NCBI GenBank assembly: GCA_964538435.1
Contig: CAZIDX010000006.1
Span: 11,923 to 75,922, forward strand
Source of the DNA: an uncultured Gammaproteobacteria bacterium
GTDB lineage: Bacteria; Patescibacteriota; Patescibacteriia; UBA9934; GWF2-40-263
Reading direction: 5' to 3'
Length of the DNA stretch: 64,000 nucleotides
In this document: positions 17,468 through 28,491 of the stretch, piece after piece
How positions within the stretch are numbered: the first letter of the stretch is position 1
How the letters are laid out: each line of letters begins with the position of its first letter
Position numbers and translations under genes: made by a program
Notes under the pieces: generated by a model
Database searches by the model: none
What the model saw: the letters and a program-made list of their open reading frames with translations, nothing else
What the model was told of the DNA's origin: nothing

Positions 17468-20400
17468 TTAAGATGGCTCCTCGGCTGTTGCGCCGCCGTC
17501 ATCTGTTTGTGGGGGATCGACCTCGTCTAGCTCCGGGCTCTCCGGAGATGCTGGTTCTTCCTGTGCTACAGGCTCAGGCTCGAGAGCTGGCTCTTCTTCT
17601 TGAGCAACAACCTCTTCAACCGGCTCTTCTTGTGGTGGTGCTTCTTCCTCTACAGGTTCTTGGGTTGGTTCTGGATCCTCAACAACTTCTTCAATTGGCT
17701 CTTCAACAATTGGTTCTGGCTCTGGATCCACTGGAGTTGGCTCTGGCTGATCTGCGATCACCTCAGGCTCAACAGGTTCAAATCCCTTTCGGTAGGCTGT
17801 CACCATCCAGTCAAACTCGATGTCGCTTGCACCACCAAAGCTCTTCACAATGAAGTGGTTCTGGTCTTTTTCTGATACGTAGAGTGAGGTTGGTCCGTTT
17901 GGTGTGGCAACAACTCTGATCGGTGCAATTGCAGAGATAACATCGTTATACTCTGGAGCCACGTTTTCAAATCTGACATGTGCCTCTCCGTTTACAAGCG
18001 TTGCTGTTCCCGAGAGCGTAATGATTGCCTCAGGTGAGGTTACTGCGATGGTTTCTACTTTTTCGTTTAAGTGAGAAGTGATCACATTCTTCACAACTGA
18101 CTCTGTCTTGATCGTTCCGTTTGAATCAATTGACCAGAACTCTCCCATTCCTGAAATGTGTCCGATTGAGAAGATTGAATGTGTATTCATTGAAATGTTT
18201 CCACTCATATTGAGTGCAACATAATTTGTGGTTTGTCCTTCTGCGAACCCTGATGCTGCATTGTTTGTTCCTGGAGCTGGGAGTGAACCTGAACCTCCCC
18301 AGTACCCAACGTTTACGTAGGTGAGAACCAGGTTATCATTTTCAGATCCAGTGTATGGCTCAAGCGCGTAACCAACTACAGGCCCGGCTTCCTTTGCTTT
18401 CATTGCCACACCTGGAATTGATGAACTTGTAAGTGGGTCTCCCACGTTCACTGCGCCGTTTTCTAGGTTTACGCGTGTTGGCACGCGTCCGGCAAGTGCA
18501 ATTGGGTAGTTGCCTTCAATATTCTCACCAGCTAGGAACCCTGGCCTTGTTGAGACAATACCTGCTAGGGCATTTGCTGTTGCTGCATCTGATCGCTGCA
18601 CGTACTCTCCGTTTCCTGAGAACATTACGATGTCTCCTGGCTCAAGCTCTTGGCTCGACGGGAACATCTCAGCAAAGTCGTATGAGCCTGTAGACCAACC
18701 CTTTGCGTTTGTGCGCATGAAGTCTCCTGCAGGACCAGATGAACCATCATAATAAATGTACTTGTCTGTCTGAGGTGTTCCACGGTCTGATGGGTAGATG
18801 TTTCCACCCGCAACTATATGATTTGCAATTCGCATGGTTCCCTCATTTGTGATGTAGGCGACCTCTGTGTCTGTTGCATCAGTAATTGAGAGGCGATAGT
18901 TATCCTCGTCTTCAACTACGTTTTGCATCATCATCTCAACAACCTCTGCTTCGGATCCATTCCATGCAGATCCGCGGAATGCGAGACCGTAGGAATCAAA
19001 TGATTCTTCGCTTGCTGTTGCCTCACCTACTGGCGAGATGACCACATTATCTGTCACAAGCGTTGATTCGCCATCTGTTCCAATTATGTCTCCCATGTAC
19101 CAACTATTGTTCACCTGGACCATGACGGTTCCAGAGACATCATCAAAATCCGTGAGCGCCATACCAATCACACGCCCAACCTTGGTTGCCTTCATGGCAT
19201 GCCCAGGAGTAGACGAGGTGGTGAGGTAGTCACCAACTTCGATAGAGCCGTTTTCATTTGTCACCTTCACTGGGACACGCCCAACCAAGGCAACCGGCAT
19301 TGGGTTGTCTTCTTCTTCAATGTTGTACCCAGCTGATGTGAAGTCTCCGTAGTTGTCTGAGACGATTCCTACGATTGGTCCAGTGTATGGCTCAGATGAT
19401 TTGACCATCTTTGCAATCACATCACCGTCCATTGTTGTTACGCTTTCTGTTCCTGGCACGACGATGTCACCATACTCAACACCTTCTTCTACTGGGTATT
19501 GCTCAGCATAGTCAGCTGTTGGAGCTCCAGTACAGTCAAGAAGTGTTGTGTCGTTGGTAACACCAGTTGTGTGACAAACCGCTTCAGTTGCACCAGATGT
19601 TGGGAGGTCAACCACCACATTTCCCTCTACATCAAACGTTCCTGTCATGGTTAGTGAAGCTCCACTTGTTCGCTGCAGTGTGATTGTGTTGTCAGCGTAG
19701 AGTCTGATTTCGTCGTCGGCAGAGAGACCAACGTCTCCTCCATTAAGACCCAGCGTTGGAGCCGTTCCTCCAGATACAGCTGAAATATTTCCTTCTGCAC
19801 CAGCTCCTGTTTTTGATCCCGCTGTCAAAGAAACGCTTCCTCCGGCATTTGCTCCAGTCCCTTGAGCGTCACCTGCAACCACAGACACACCTCCACCAGC
19901 ACCACCATTTCCAGCAGCAAGCCCGTCTCGACCAGTAATATCAACTCCTCCGCCCTGTCGAGCTACTGCTCCGTTTCCTGTTGGTAATCCTCCAAGAAGA
20001 GAAACTTTACCGCCGTCTCCTCCAGTTGTTTGAGAAGCACCTGCTCCTCCAGTAATTGTTGCAGTTCCACCACCGTTTCCTGCACCATCACCTGTCCCTG
20101 CTGTGACAACCACATCACGACCGACGGCGGCAGATGCAGCACCTGCCACAATGTTGAGATGGCTCGCTGCAAATGAACCCAATTCATTTACATTGATTCT
20201 TCCGTACGCCCCCTTGTCATCAATAGACATTAATGGGTTTGCCCCTGAGGAAGAATCTGCAAATGTAATTGTTCCTGTATCTTCGATGGTGATGTTTGCG
20301 GTTGTGTCTTTAAATGCAATCTCACTGTCCCAGCCAGACCCAAAGTTCAGACCAAATGAGTTAATTGTTCCGGCCCCGGATTCCGTGAGCCCACCGATAT

Positions 20401-23400
20401 CAATACCATAGGCTGTATCTGTTCCAGTTGTGTTTGAGAATGTCATTCCCGCAGCACCAATGTTTACTGCCCTGAATGCCGTATCTGTGCCTGTTCCTGC
20501 TACACCTGGAACAATGTGAAGGGCATTTACACTGGCATCGCCACCTACATACGTTAGGTCGATTCCATCAACACCTGCTGTTGCGGTTGGGTTTGCATTG
20601 TTGGTCAGGGTAAGCATGTTACCTGCTGTCATTGCAGCAGATGTATTGAGTTGAACTTGTGAATTTGCATCAATATCAAACACAACATGCCCAGCTCCAC
20701 CTGCTTGGAGCACTAGATTCTCACCAGCAGCAGAGGTGATATCAATGTCTGTGTCTGCGGCACTATCAAAACTGAGAGCTGTGTTGGCGTCTACAAACAC
20801 TGTGTGATTGACACCTGTGGTTGAACCAAAATTCACACTTCCGTTATCTGACACAGTGAATGCTGCAGCACCTGAATCCTGAACAACAAAGTCTCCTGTT
20901 GATTGCAGGTTGATAAGTGTATTTCCGGATGAATTGTTAACAATCGAGAACACCTCAGCGCTGTCTGCGGTAATGCTGGTAGAGGCGTCCATGATCATTG
21001 CGTCTTGGAACTGTGCAAAGTCAAGGCAGTCAATACAGGAGATCGATCCACCTGTGATCGTTCCGGCAATGTCAAGGTTTCCGTCGGCTTCAATTGCATC
21101 TGCTACGTAGAGGTCACCCGCTCCGGTTGCGACTCCTGGTGTGTTTGGTGTGGCATCGTTGTCCACGAACATTGGTGAGCCGTAGAAGTAACCTGAGTAG
21201 TTATTTGTTCCACCTGAGGCTGTTCCAGCAACTCCGTATCGGTTTGTTCCGTCGCCAATGTTTTGGAAGAATCCTCCAAAACCGTTTGTGATATTTCCAC
21301 TTCCAACATCGATCGTACCTTCAACACCAAAAGCGTTGGTGATTGTTCCACCTGAGACTGTTGAGTCAACAACACCTCGGACACCTGCGACACTTGGCGC
21401 GGTTTGAGAATTTGACATGTACCTTCCAAGACCATAAACACCTGTAACCTCTGCTGGTCCAGCAGCCGTGTTGTTGCTAAATGGTGTGATGCCAGCCAGA
21501 CCACGCGCTCGGTATGTGCTTGCTGATTGATCAACTTCGGTATTTAGCTGGAAGTAACCGCCGTAATGATTTGTGTTTGCGCCGATGGATCCACTTGGAC
21601 TAGCACCTGCATCAATCACTGTTGCTCCTGAGGTCCCAGAGATGTCAGTGAGGCTCTTAAAGTACCCAACTTTAAGCCCTCCACCATCCATGTCGTAGTA
21701 GTCTCCAGTGTTAAAGGTGATGGTTCCTGTTTCTCCGTTTGATGCATACATATCGATCGATGCACTTGTTGTAGCTGCATCACCGATTCGAATCTTGTTT
21801 GCTGACTCGTCAACTGAGAATGCAGAGACCAAAGTTGCTGCATTACCCACTGAGAAGTCATCACCTGTGTTTGTTGCAACAATTCCAGAAGATGATTCAA
21901 GTGTGAGGGCTCCACCAGATGCAGACCCAATTGTCAGTGCTCCTACACCTTGAATCACATCGTCGTTGACTGTAAGTGTTCCACTTGAATCAAGAGTGAG
22001 CGCATCTGCGCCATCACCAATCGTTGTTGCTTGATCAAACGTCAAATTACCTCCATCAATATCTAGAAGGAGATCTGCTGTCGTTTGAATTTCTCCGTCC
22101 ATGTAATTGGTGGAGAACGCGCCGGCTGTGAATCCGATATCTGAGAAGACTTCACCGTCTGCTTCGATGCGGAAGACATTGTTTCCTGCTCCACCATAGT
22201 CTGTTTGGATGTTTACAATGTCTGCTGTCTCAGTCGTCTCTGTGACGTCAATTGAGAGAGCGAGCCCTGTGTCGTCTGTGAAGTTTCCTCCGAGAAGGTT
22301 GAGGATTGTTCCTGTAGTAGTTGTGGCGCCATCTAGACTGAATACAGATTGTGAGGTTGACTCTGAATCGATGCTTAGCGCTGTCCCGTTTCCATCTTGA
22401 TCGATTGTCACTCCGATTCCTGTACCTGTGTTTAGGTGACGCACCAAATCCTCAGTGTACAAACCATAGTCCCAGGCTGTGCCTGTTTGGTATAGGGCGT
22501 ATTCCTTTCCATCTGCCTGATTTGCACCTCCGAGGTTGTTGATCAGAATTCCGTAAATGTCATCATCTGTTCCGGCATCAGTTGCGTTGTTTGTTACGTT
22601 GATATCGAGCGCTCTTCGAACATCAGCAGCTCCATCGTCGGCATACTGAGAGAAGACAGAGGTGATTGTCGTTGCTGATGCATTTCCAGCGTTCGTTGTT
22701 GCTGAGGTGTAATCAATATCAACCATTGGCACTGTTCCTGTGGCAGTGTTGTTTTGAATCCACATGATTTCACTTCCTCCAAGCTGGTGGAAGGTCTCAT
22801 CATTAAACGTAACACCTCCTGCTAAGTAGATGTCTTGGTAGGCTGCGCTGCTGTCTGTTGTGATAAACAACTGATCCACTGAGGAACCACCGAGCGTGGC
22901 GCTTGTTCCTGTTGAACCAAGAAGGAGCTGGCCTCCTGCAACGGGATCGATGTCAATGTTTCCCGTTGAAGTGATGTTACCTCCGTTGAGCGCTAAGTCT
23001 CCTGCTGTTGTAATGTTTCCGGTTGCTGGAGCAACTGAGTAATTTGCTCCCCCAACTGTAAGCGCAGCACCTGTGATATCGAGTCCGTTTGTTGCATCAA
23101 GATTTCCATCAAATGTTGCTTGTCCGGTTGAACCGAAGTTTAGCTGTCCTGTTCCTGAGGTTGAGAGGTTGTATGCCCCGAGATTGATGCTTGTAGAAGC
23201 ATCGAGAGCGAGCGTGTCTGAGAAACTGTCGAAGTCGAGGCAGTCTGTGCAGGAGATTCCTGACAGATTTGCTGTGCCGTTGACTGTTAGGTCTCCTGTG
23301 ATGGTCAAATCACCTGTTGTCCCAGCGTCTGCAAGTGTCATCAAGGTGTTTGTTCCATCATTGAACGCAATAGACCCTCCGCCAGCTACTTGAATATTTG

Positions 23401-25006
23401 TTGTTGTGTCATCAAGTAAAAGATTTGCATCCCATCCACTTCCAATCCTAAGTCCTGTTTCTGTCACTGTCCCATCAGGGCTTGTTAGGTTTGCGATATT
23501 TATTCCTCGAAGTGTGTCTGGGTCACCTGTGGCTGCTGATGTCACGTTCACATCTAGCGCTGACACTGTGTCTGTGTTTGAGTTGTTGCCAAGCGTGAAG
23601 GCAAGGTTCTGACCATTTGCTTCTGAGGAAGTTGTTGTTAGTGAAAACGTATTCGTTGATGCGCTTGAATTTGTAATGGAGAGATTCTCAGATCCAGCGA
23701 GACTTAGATCTACATCAGTGTTGAAGGTTGCGGCACCGTCAAACTGAGCGGTACTAGAAGCAACCAATGCCCCATTTATGGACACTTGACCTGTCCCGGT
23801 TGAGAGCGTTCCTGATCCGGTTTGTGAGAAACTTCCATCCATTGTGATCCCACCAATTCCAGTGAGGTCACCAGTTGCGGAAATATCCCAATCTGAGGAA
23901 TTAACAGAAAGAACATTGGAACCACCACCAATGACTGTTGTTTGCCCGAACGTCAAATCTCCGCCTGCAATCGTAAGAAGCAGATCTGTCGTTCCGGTTG
24001 AGGTGATGGTTCCGTTTCCATAGGTTGTTCCACTACCGACCGTGAGACCACCGTCGGTGTAGATCACACCTTCTACACCAGCATCACCAGCAACGAAGAG
24101 ATCGTCGCCCCCGAGAGTGAAGCTTGAGTGTGCAAGTGTTTCTGTAGATGAGGTCGATGCTCCGACTACAACATCGGTAGCAAAGAAACTATCTGCAAGC
24201 ACTTCGAGTTCGTCAGCGATACTGAGGTCTCCGACGCTTTCTGTTGCGTATGTTAGAGCCCCGTTTGCACCAATACGTACAGCATAATCATCTTCAAAGA
24301 CACGAGTGCTCACTTCCCATTCACTGCTTGTGATATCGGAAGTGAATGCAACTGTCCCTGATCCATCTTGGAATGTGATTGTGTTTGCACCTGATGGATC
24401 TGTAATTGCGAACGTTGTTGTGTTCCCGTCGTTAGATGCACCTTCAAACACAATTGGAGATGCGCCAGTAAGTTCTGCGCCGGTGAGGTTGTAGTCTCCA
24501 GTACCTGTGTCGCCAGTTGCTGAGAGGAATCCTGTGGAGTCGATTCCGTCTAGTCTTTGGGCGTTAAGGGCATATGGAGCAGAAGTGAGTTGTTTTCGTG
24601 GGGAAAGCGTTTCACTTCCGATTACAACCTCAAGGAACATGCTGGTGTTATCACCAAACACAGAATCCGCGATAGCTGCATATGAATCACCGGTGTCACC
24701 CAGGTTTTCTGTGTAGAGACCTGAGGTGAGCGTGATGCTCTTTGCAACAACTGAAGCTGGGGTATTTGTGTGACAATCGGCCGAATCATTTGACCAGACA
24801 CAGGTTCCCCCTGTCAGCGCGTCGTAGAGCATGAACTTCATGCTTAATGATGTATCCGATACAGGAACACCGTTTGAGTTGAGAACACGCCCTTGATATG
24901 TGAGGATGTTCGGAGGTGCGGCCGCATGAGCAACCCCAACAATCATCAACATCAATGATGCGATGAGTGTGGCTGCTATGCGCTTGTATCCCCGAACGTG
25001 ATACAT
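17468..25006 (-). CDS. Giant secreted surface protein (2512 aa): signal peptide, long G/T/S/N/D-rich beta-repeat region, two SC(T/I)DCLDF Cys motifs, acidic Pro/Glu-rich C-terminal tail
   Basis: N-terminal signal peptide ...VGVAHA/AAPP. Low-complexity repeats typical of beta-helix or adhesin-like proteins. Last gene of a four-gene operon. Confidence 0.8.
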   Translation of the reverse strand: MYHVRGYKRIAATLIASLMLMIVGVAHAAAPPNILTYQGRVLNSNGVPVSDTSLSMKFMLYDALTGGTCVWSNDSADCHTNTPASVVAKSITLTSGLYTENLGDTGDSYAAIADSVFGDNTSMFLEVVIGSETLSPRKQLTSAPYALNAQRLDGIDSTGFLSATGDTGTGDYNLTGAELTGASPIVFEGASNDGNTTTFAITDPSGANTITFQDGSGTVAFTSDITSSEWEVSTRVFEDDYAVRIGANGALTYATESVGDLSIADELEVLADSFFATDVVVGASTSSTETLAHSSFTLGGDDLFVAGDAGVEGVIYTDGGLTVGSGTTYGNGTITSTGTTDLLLTIAGGDLTFGQTTVIGGGSNVLSVNSSDWDISATGDLTGIGGITMDGSFSQTGSGTLSTGTGQVSINGALVASSTAQFDGAATFNTDVDLSLAGSENLSITNSSASTNTFSLTTTSSEANGQNLAFTLGNNSNTDTVSALDVNVTSAATGDPDTLRGINIANLTSPDGTVTETGLRIGSGWDANLLLDDTTTNIQVAGGGSIAFNDGTNTLMTLADAGTTGDLTITGDLTVNGTANLSGISCTDCLDFDSFSDTLALDASTSINLGAYNLSTSGTGQLNFGSTGQATFDGNLDATNGLDITGAALTVGGANYSVAPATGNITTAGDLALNGGNITSTGNIDIDPVAGGQLLLGSTGTSATLGGSSVDQLFITTDSSAAYQDIYLAGGVTFNDETFHQLGGSEIMWIQNNTATGTVPMVDIDYTSATTNAGNASATTITSVFSQYADDGAADVRRALDINVTNNATDAGTDDDIYGILINNLGGANQADGKEYALYQTGTAWDYGLYTEDLVRHLNTGTGIGVTIDQDGNGTALSIDSESTSQSVFSLDGATTTTGTILNLLGGNFTDDTGLALSIDVTETTETADIVNIQTDYGGAGNNVFRIEADGEVFSDIGFTAGAFSTNYMDGEIQTTADLLLDIDGGNLTFDQATTIGDGADALTLDSSGTLTVNDDVIQGVGALTIGSASGGALTLESSSGIVATNTGDDFSVGNAATLVSAFSVDESANKIRIGDAATTSASIDMYASNGETGTITFNTGDYYDMDGGGLKVGYFKSLTDISGTSGATVIDAGASPSGSIGANTNHYGGYFQLNTEVDQSASTYRARGLAGITPFSNNTAAGPAEVTGVYGLGRYMSNSQTAPSVAGVRGVVDSTVSGGTITNAFGVEGTIDVGSGNITNGFGGFFQNIGDGTNRYGVAGTASGGTNNYSGYFYGSPMFVDNDATPNTPGVATGAGDLYVADAIEADGNLDIAGTITGGSISCIDCLDFAQFQDAMIMDASTSITADSAEVFSIVNNSSGNTLINLQSTGDFVVQDSGAAAFTVSDNGSVNFGSTTGVNHTVFVDANTALSFDSAADTDIDITSAAGENLVLQAGGAGHVVFDIDANSQVQLNTSAAMTAGNMLTLTNNANPTATAGVDGIDLTYVGGDASVNALHIVPGVAGTGTDTAFRAVNIGAAGMTFSNTTGTDTAYGIDIGGLTESGAGTINSFGLNFGSGWDSEIAFKDTTANITIEDTGTITFADSSSGANPLMSIDDKGAYGRINVNELGSFAASHLNIVAGAASAAVGRDVVVTAGTGDGAGNGGGTATITGGAGASQTTGGDGGKVSLLGGLPTGNGAVARQGGGVDITGRDGLAAGNGGAGGGVSVVAGDAQGTGANAGGSVSLTAGSKTGAGAEGNISAVSGGTAPTLGLNGGDVGLSADDEIRLYADNTITLQRTSGASLTMTGTFDVEGNVVVDLPTSGATEAVCHTTGVTNDTTLLDCTGAPTADYAEQYPVEEGVEYGDIVVPGTESVTTMDGDVIAKMVKSSEPYTGPIVGIVSDNYGDFTSAGYNIEEEDNPMPVALVGRVPVKVTNENGSIEVGDYLTTSSTPGHAMKATKVGRVIGMALTDFDDVSGTVMVQVNNSWYMGDIIGTDGESTLVTDNVVISPVGEATASEESFDSYGLAFRGSAWNGSEAEVVEMMMQNVVEDEDNYRLSITDATDTEVAYITNEGTMRIANHIVAGGNIYPSDRGTPQTDKYIYYDGSSGPAGDFMRTNAKGWSTGSYDFAEMFPSSQELEPGDIVMFSGNGEYVQRSDAATANALAGIVSTRPGFLAGENIEGNYPIALAGRVPTRVNLENGAVNVGDPLTSSSIPGVAMKAKEAGPVVGYALEPYTGSENDNLVLTYVNVGYWGGSGSLPAPGTNNAASGFAEGQTTNYVALNMSGNISMNTHSIFSIGHISGMGEFWSIDSNGTIKTESVVKNVITSHLNEKVETIAVTSPEAIITLSGTATLVNGEAHVRFENVAPEYNDVISAIAPIRVVATPNGPTSLYVSEKDQNHFIVKSFGGASDIEFDWMVTAYRKGFEPVEPEVIADQPEPTPVDPEPEPIVEEPIEEVVEDPEPTQEPVEEEAPPQEEPVEEVVAQEEEPALEPEPVAQEEPASPESPELDEVDPPQTDDGGATAEEPS

Positions 25007-25009
25007 ATC

Positions 25010-28000
25010 TTATTGGTTTGCATTTGGGTCAAGCCCGATATCCTCAGAGAAGTTTTGTGCTTCTGTGGTCTGAGTGAAATCGATTGGCCTGATTTCTTTT
25101 GGATTGAACCCGTTTCGCTCGAACACAGCGAAGTACTGATTTGGTCCGAGCATGAAGGCATATCTTCCTTTACTATCCGTCACCTGTGTTTCAAGAAGCT
25201 TGTTGTAGGTAGGCTCAAAGATTCGCGCGACCACTCGTGAGAGCGGGCGTCCGGTCTGAGAGTCATATACAATGCCCCAACTTATTGGTTTGCGTGGTTT
25301 GGCCAATCGTCGCGCGAGCAGGTAAACGACAACCTGCACAGCGATCATTGCAATCGAGAGCGGTGTTGGACGAATTATGGCAAACACTACAGCTGCAATT
25401 ACACCCAGCATTGCAACTACATGTTGGAACACACGAAGGCGTGCGCGCCACATGATTGATGATGGAGCGTGGAACTTCTCGGTTTGTGACGGATCCATTG
25501 GAATGTTTGCGGTGATAACCGCATCATCCTGCGTGACCTCGATCGTGTGACCGTGGTAGAGATCAAGCATGTTTCCATCTGTTGGCTGACCTTGGAGGTA
25601 CGCAGATGGGAAGTCGTACCCCGCCTTTGAGACAGCGATGTAGTACCTACCTGGTTTTGCCAGGAAAAAATACCGCCCCGCTTTGTCTGTTACGCGACTC
25701 TTTACGAGTCGGCCTGGAAGGTTCTGAGCCTCAGCCTCTGGCGTAAGCTCGAACAATCGCACGACCGCAAGATCAATTGGAGTCTTGCTGATCGCGTTAT
25801 AGACAACTCCGAATCCCTTTCGCTTACGGCGCCAGAAAAAGAGAATTGGCGCAGTGAAAAGATATTGAAGGAATGGGAGAAAGTCGAAGGCGATTGCCAT
25901 CACCACTGTGCTAGCACCTGCTGTTACAACAAGTGCTGGGACAGAGACTTCTGCCGCCTCTTCGACACCTGGAAGTTCACGAATCGTTTCCAGGGTTTCT
26001 TCTACGACTTCACCGACAGGATTATCAAGGATGGCCTCAATAATCGTTTCCGGCTCTTTGTCTGTAGAAACTTGCTCTTGAGCGTCAGGCTCAGATTCTT
26101 GTGTGTCATCGATGAGGACATCCTCTTCCTCTTCTTCATCTTGAGGAGTCATCTCAATGGACGGATTCACGATCCAGTTGGTGATCGTTAGAGACCCGAC
26201 CTTGGTCTCATTGAACCCATCGATCTGCGCCTGTAGTTCGTACGTCCCGTTTTGCACATACCATGCGAATGTACCTGCGGGAGGTGTCTGGATTGGGTTG
26301 AGTTGACTGTATGGGGATCCATCCCATACAACAAACTCACCGTCGATCTGCTCGGAGAGCGTCACAGTCACACCTGGAAGAGGCGCTTCTTCACCATCGA
26401 TGTCCTGGTAAACAATCCCGTCGGATTTTACACGCAGGAGTGAAGAAACATTTTCTTCAGAGTCGTCTGCGTACGTCACCTCGATGGATACGAGGTACGT
26501 AGCAACGCTATCAGGAGTTGTGACTTGTGCTGAATAAAGAACGCTTGTCTCATCTAGAGACATTAGGTACTGGTCTGAGCCGATTTTGAGCGTGACGTTT
26601 TCAATGTCATCACTCAGCTCTGATACGGGAATCTCGATTCTCAGTGTGCTTGTGGGAAGCACATCAACAACGCCTGAGTCGTTGATCTCGAGTTCGATTT
26701 CGCCGCCTGCTACTAGGAAGCCCATGTCTTGTACGTCGAGGTCTCCAGATTCCGCACCCATGGAATCAGGATCACTGACAGAACAATCTGCTGGACAGGA
26801 GTATTCAGATTCCGACTCGGCACAAATGCCGTCTCCGCAGACAACCGCCTCGTCTGCATCGTCGTCGTCCTCTTCGCCGCCCCCACCATCATCTGGTGGA
26901 GTGGCATCGTCTCCTTCTTCCCCGCCACCACCGTCATCACCCTCTTCACCTCCTGCATCTTGATCCTCTCCGTCATCTGGAGGATCTTCCTCATCATCGG
27001 GTGGCTCTTCAACTGGAGCACTTGGTGTGCCTGTACCAAGAGCGCCAGATGCAAACTGCCCGATCTCGTCGTAAACAAATACGCCGAGGTAGTATGTGAC
27101 ATCGTTAGTGAGTCCGTTGAGCGTGGCTGTTTCAGCCAGAGAATCGAATGCTTCTACACAATCTTCATCGTCTGGTCCTGAAGGATGCTCGTCCTCGCAA
27201 TAGAGAATAAGAACGCCAGCCAGGTCATCTTCGTCTGGGTTTGTCCATGTAAGAACCAACTCTTGATCTCCCTCTTCAACCGCGAGGTCTGAAACATTTG
27301 TTGGTGCTTCGTCTGCAATCGTTGAAAAGGTGTAGTCATCTGAGTATGTCTCGTTTCCTAGCTCGTCGATTGATCGAATCTGATAGTGATATTCGGTTTC
27401 TGCTGCAAGACCAGACAATAGAATAGAGTGAGCTATTACGTACTCACTGTCTGACTCAGAAGACCCATAGCTCTCTGTCTCTCCATATGAGACTAAGCTG
27501 TCAGCGTCTTCGTCTGTATCCCAAGTGATGGTCGCTGTGTAGGCTGTGATATCGATAACCTCGATGCCAGAAATGACAGGCCCTGTTCCATCTAGGGTTG
27601 TAAACGAATAGGTTGGGGATGAAGACTCATTTGCGTTTCCATCTGCGGAGCGTGCTCGGATGTAATATGTGGTGCTTCCGGTTAGCCCTGTGAGCGTCAT
27701 GCTGTGAGACGTGACTAAGGATGCGTCATATTCAGTTCCAAGCTCGAAGTAGACTGTGAGCCCGTAATCAACCGCTGTTGTTGCACCTTCATTTGTTGTC
27801 CAAGTAACAGTCGCTGTTGTGGCTGTGATACTTGAGACAACCACATCTGTTATGTATGGAGGGGATGTGTCGGTTTCAGACCCTGGATCTGGAGTTAGGT
27901 CTGGGACCGTTGCTGTAACAGCAACTGAATCGTCGCTTCCGATTGGAAGTGCGATCGATCCAGTGTCACCAAACGTGCCAGCAATGGACAGAAAGTATGT

Positions 28001-28474
28001 TCCTGCGCTGGTCGGATTGGTGATTTGATTTGAACCTGTTCCTGAAGCCGTAGCATTTGTTCCAATCTCGACCTCAACTACGCTTGTTGCCGCAATTGCA
28101 CCTCCGTCCCCTGCACAAACCTCTAGCGTTACAACGTCTGATGCAATTGAGATGGCAACCTGCTCAGACCCGGAGCAATCAGCTGCGGTTGTGAGCTCAG
28201 TATCATCGTCTTCTACATCAATATCGTCCTCTACGAGAGACGACGTATCGAAATCAGAGGCAAATGTGAGCGTAACTGTTTCTCCTTCTGCCACTCCTGA
28301 TGGAGTTGTAAAGACCACGTGGTGATTTGCAGATTCCCCAGCCTGAAGCGTGCTTGGGTAATCATTTGCAGTTGTCACCGTTGCTGCATGCACAATTGAA
28401 GCAGCCACAACAGCCGTTGTGATAAGCACAACGATCGATAGGCTTCTCCAAATGGATGACATTGAACACACCAC
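25010..28474 (-). CDS. Large surface protein (1154 aa) with signal peptide, FN3-like repeats, acidic linker, Cys knot, and C-terminal TM segments alternating with Cna-B/carboxypeptidase-regulatory-like domains
   Basis: FN3-like blocks (TVTWTT...YYIRARS; TITWDTDEDADSLVSYGE...YHYQIRS). Hydrophobic helices followed by RRKRK. Blocks resembling GRYFF...YY..VS.AGYDF. Confidence 0.75.
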   Translation of the reverse strand: MVCSMSSIWRSLSIVVLITTAVVAASIVHAATVTTANDYPSTLQAGESANHHVVFTTPSGVAEGETVTLTFASDFDTSSLVEDDIDVEDDDTELTTAADCSGSEQVAISIASDVVTLEVCAGDGGAIAATSVVEVEIGTNATASGTGSNQITNPTSAGTYFLSIAGTFGDTGSIALPIGSDDSVAVTATVPDLTPDPGSETDTSPPYITDVVVSSITATTATVTWTTNEGATTAVDYGLTVYFELGTEYDASLVTSHSMTLTGLTGSTTYYIRARSADGNANESSSPTYSFTTLDGTGPVISGIEVIDITAYTATITWDTDEDADSLVSYGETESYGSSESDSEYVIAHSILLSGLAAETEYHYQIRSIDELGNETYSDDYTFSTIADEAPTNVSDLAVEEGDQELVLTWTNPDEDDLAGVLILYCEDEHPSGPDDEDCVEAFDSLAETATLNGLTNDVTYYLGVFVYDEIGQFASGALGTGTPSAPVEEPPDDEEDPPDDGEDQDAGGEEGDDGGGGEEGDDATPPDDGGGGEEDDDDADEAVVCGDGICAESESEYSCPADCSVSDPDSMGAESGDLDVQDMGFLVAGGEIELEINDSGVVDVLPTSTLRIEIPVSELSDDIENVTLKIGSDQYLMSLDETSVLYSAQVTTPDSVATYLVSIEVTYADDSEENVSSLLRVKSDGIVYQDIDGEEAPLPGVTVTLSEQIDGEFVVWDGSPYSQLNPIQTPPAGTFAWYVQNGTYELQAQIDGFNETKVGSLTITNWIVNPSIEMTPQDEEEEEDVLIDDTQESEPDAQEQVSTDKEPETIIEAILDNPVGEVVEETLETIRELPGVEEAAEVSVPALVVTAGASTVVMAIAFDFLPFLQYLFTAPILFFWRRKRKGFGVVYNAISKTPIDLAVVRLFELTPEAEAQNLPGRLVKSRVTDKAGRYFFLAKPGRYYIAVSKAGYDFPSAYLQGQPTDGNMLDLYHGHTIEVTQDDAVITANIPMDPSQTEKFHAPSSIMWRARLRVFQHVVAMLGVIAAVVFAIIRPTPLSIAMIAVQVVVYLLARRLAKPRKPISWGIVYDSQTGRPLSRVVARIFEPTYNKLLETQVTDSKGRYAFMLGPNQYFAVFERNGFNPKEIRPIDFTQTTEAQNFSEDIGLDPNANQ

Positions 28475-28491
28475 ACATTAATAAGGAATAG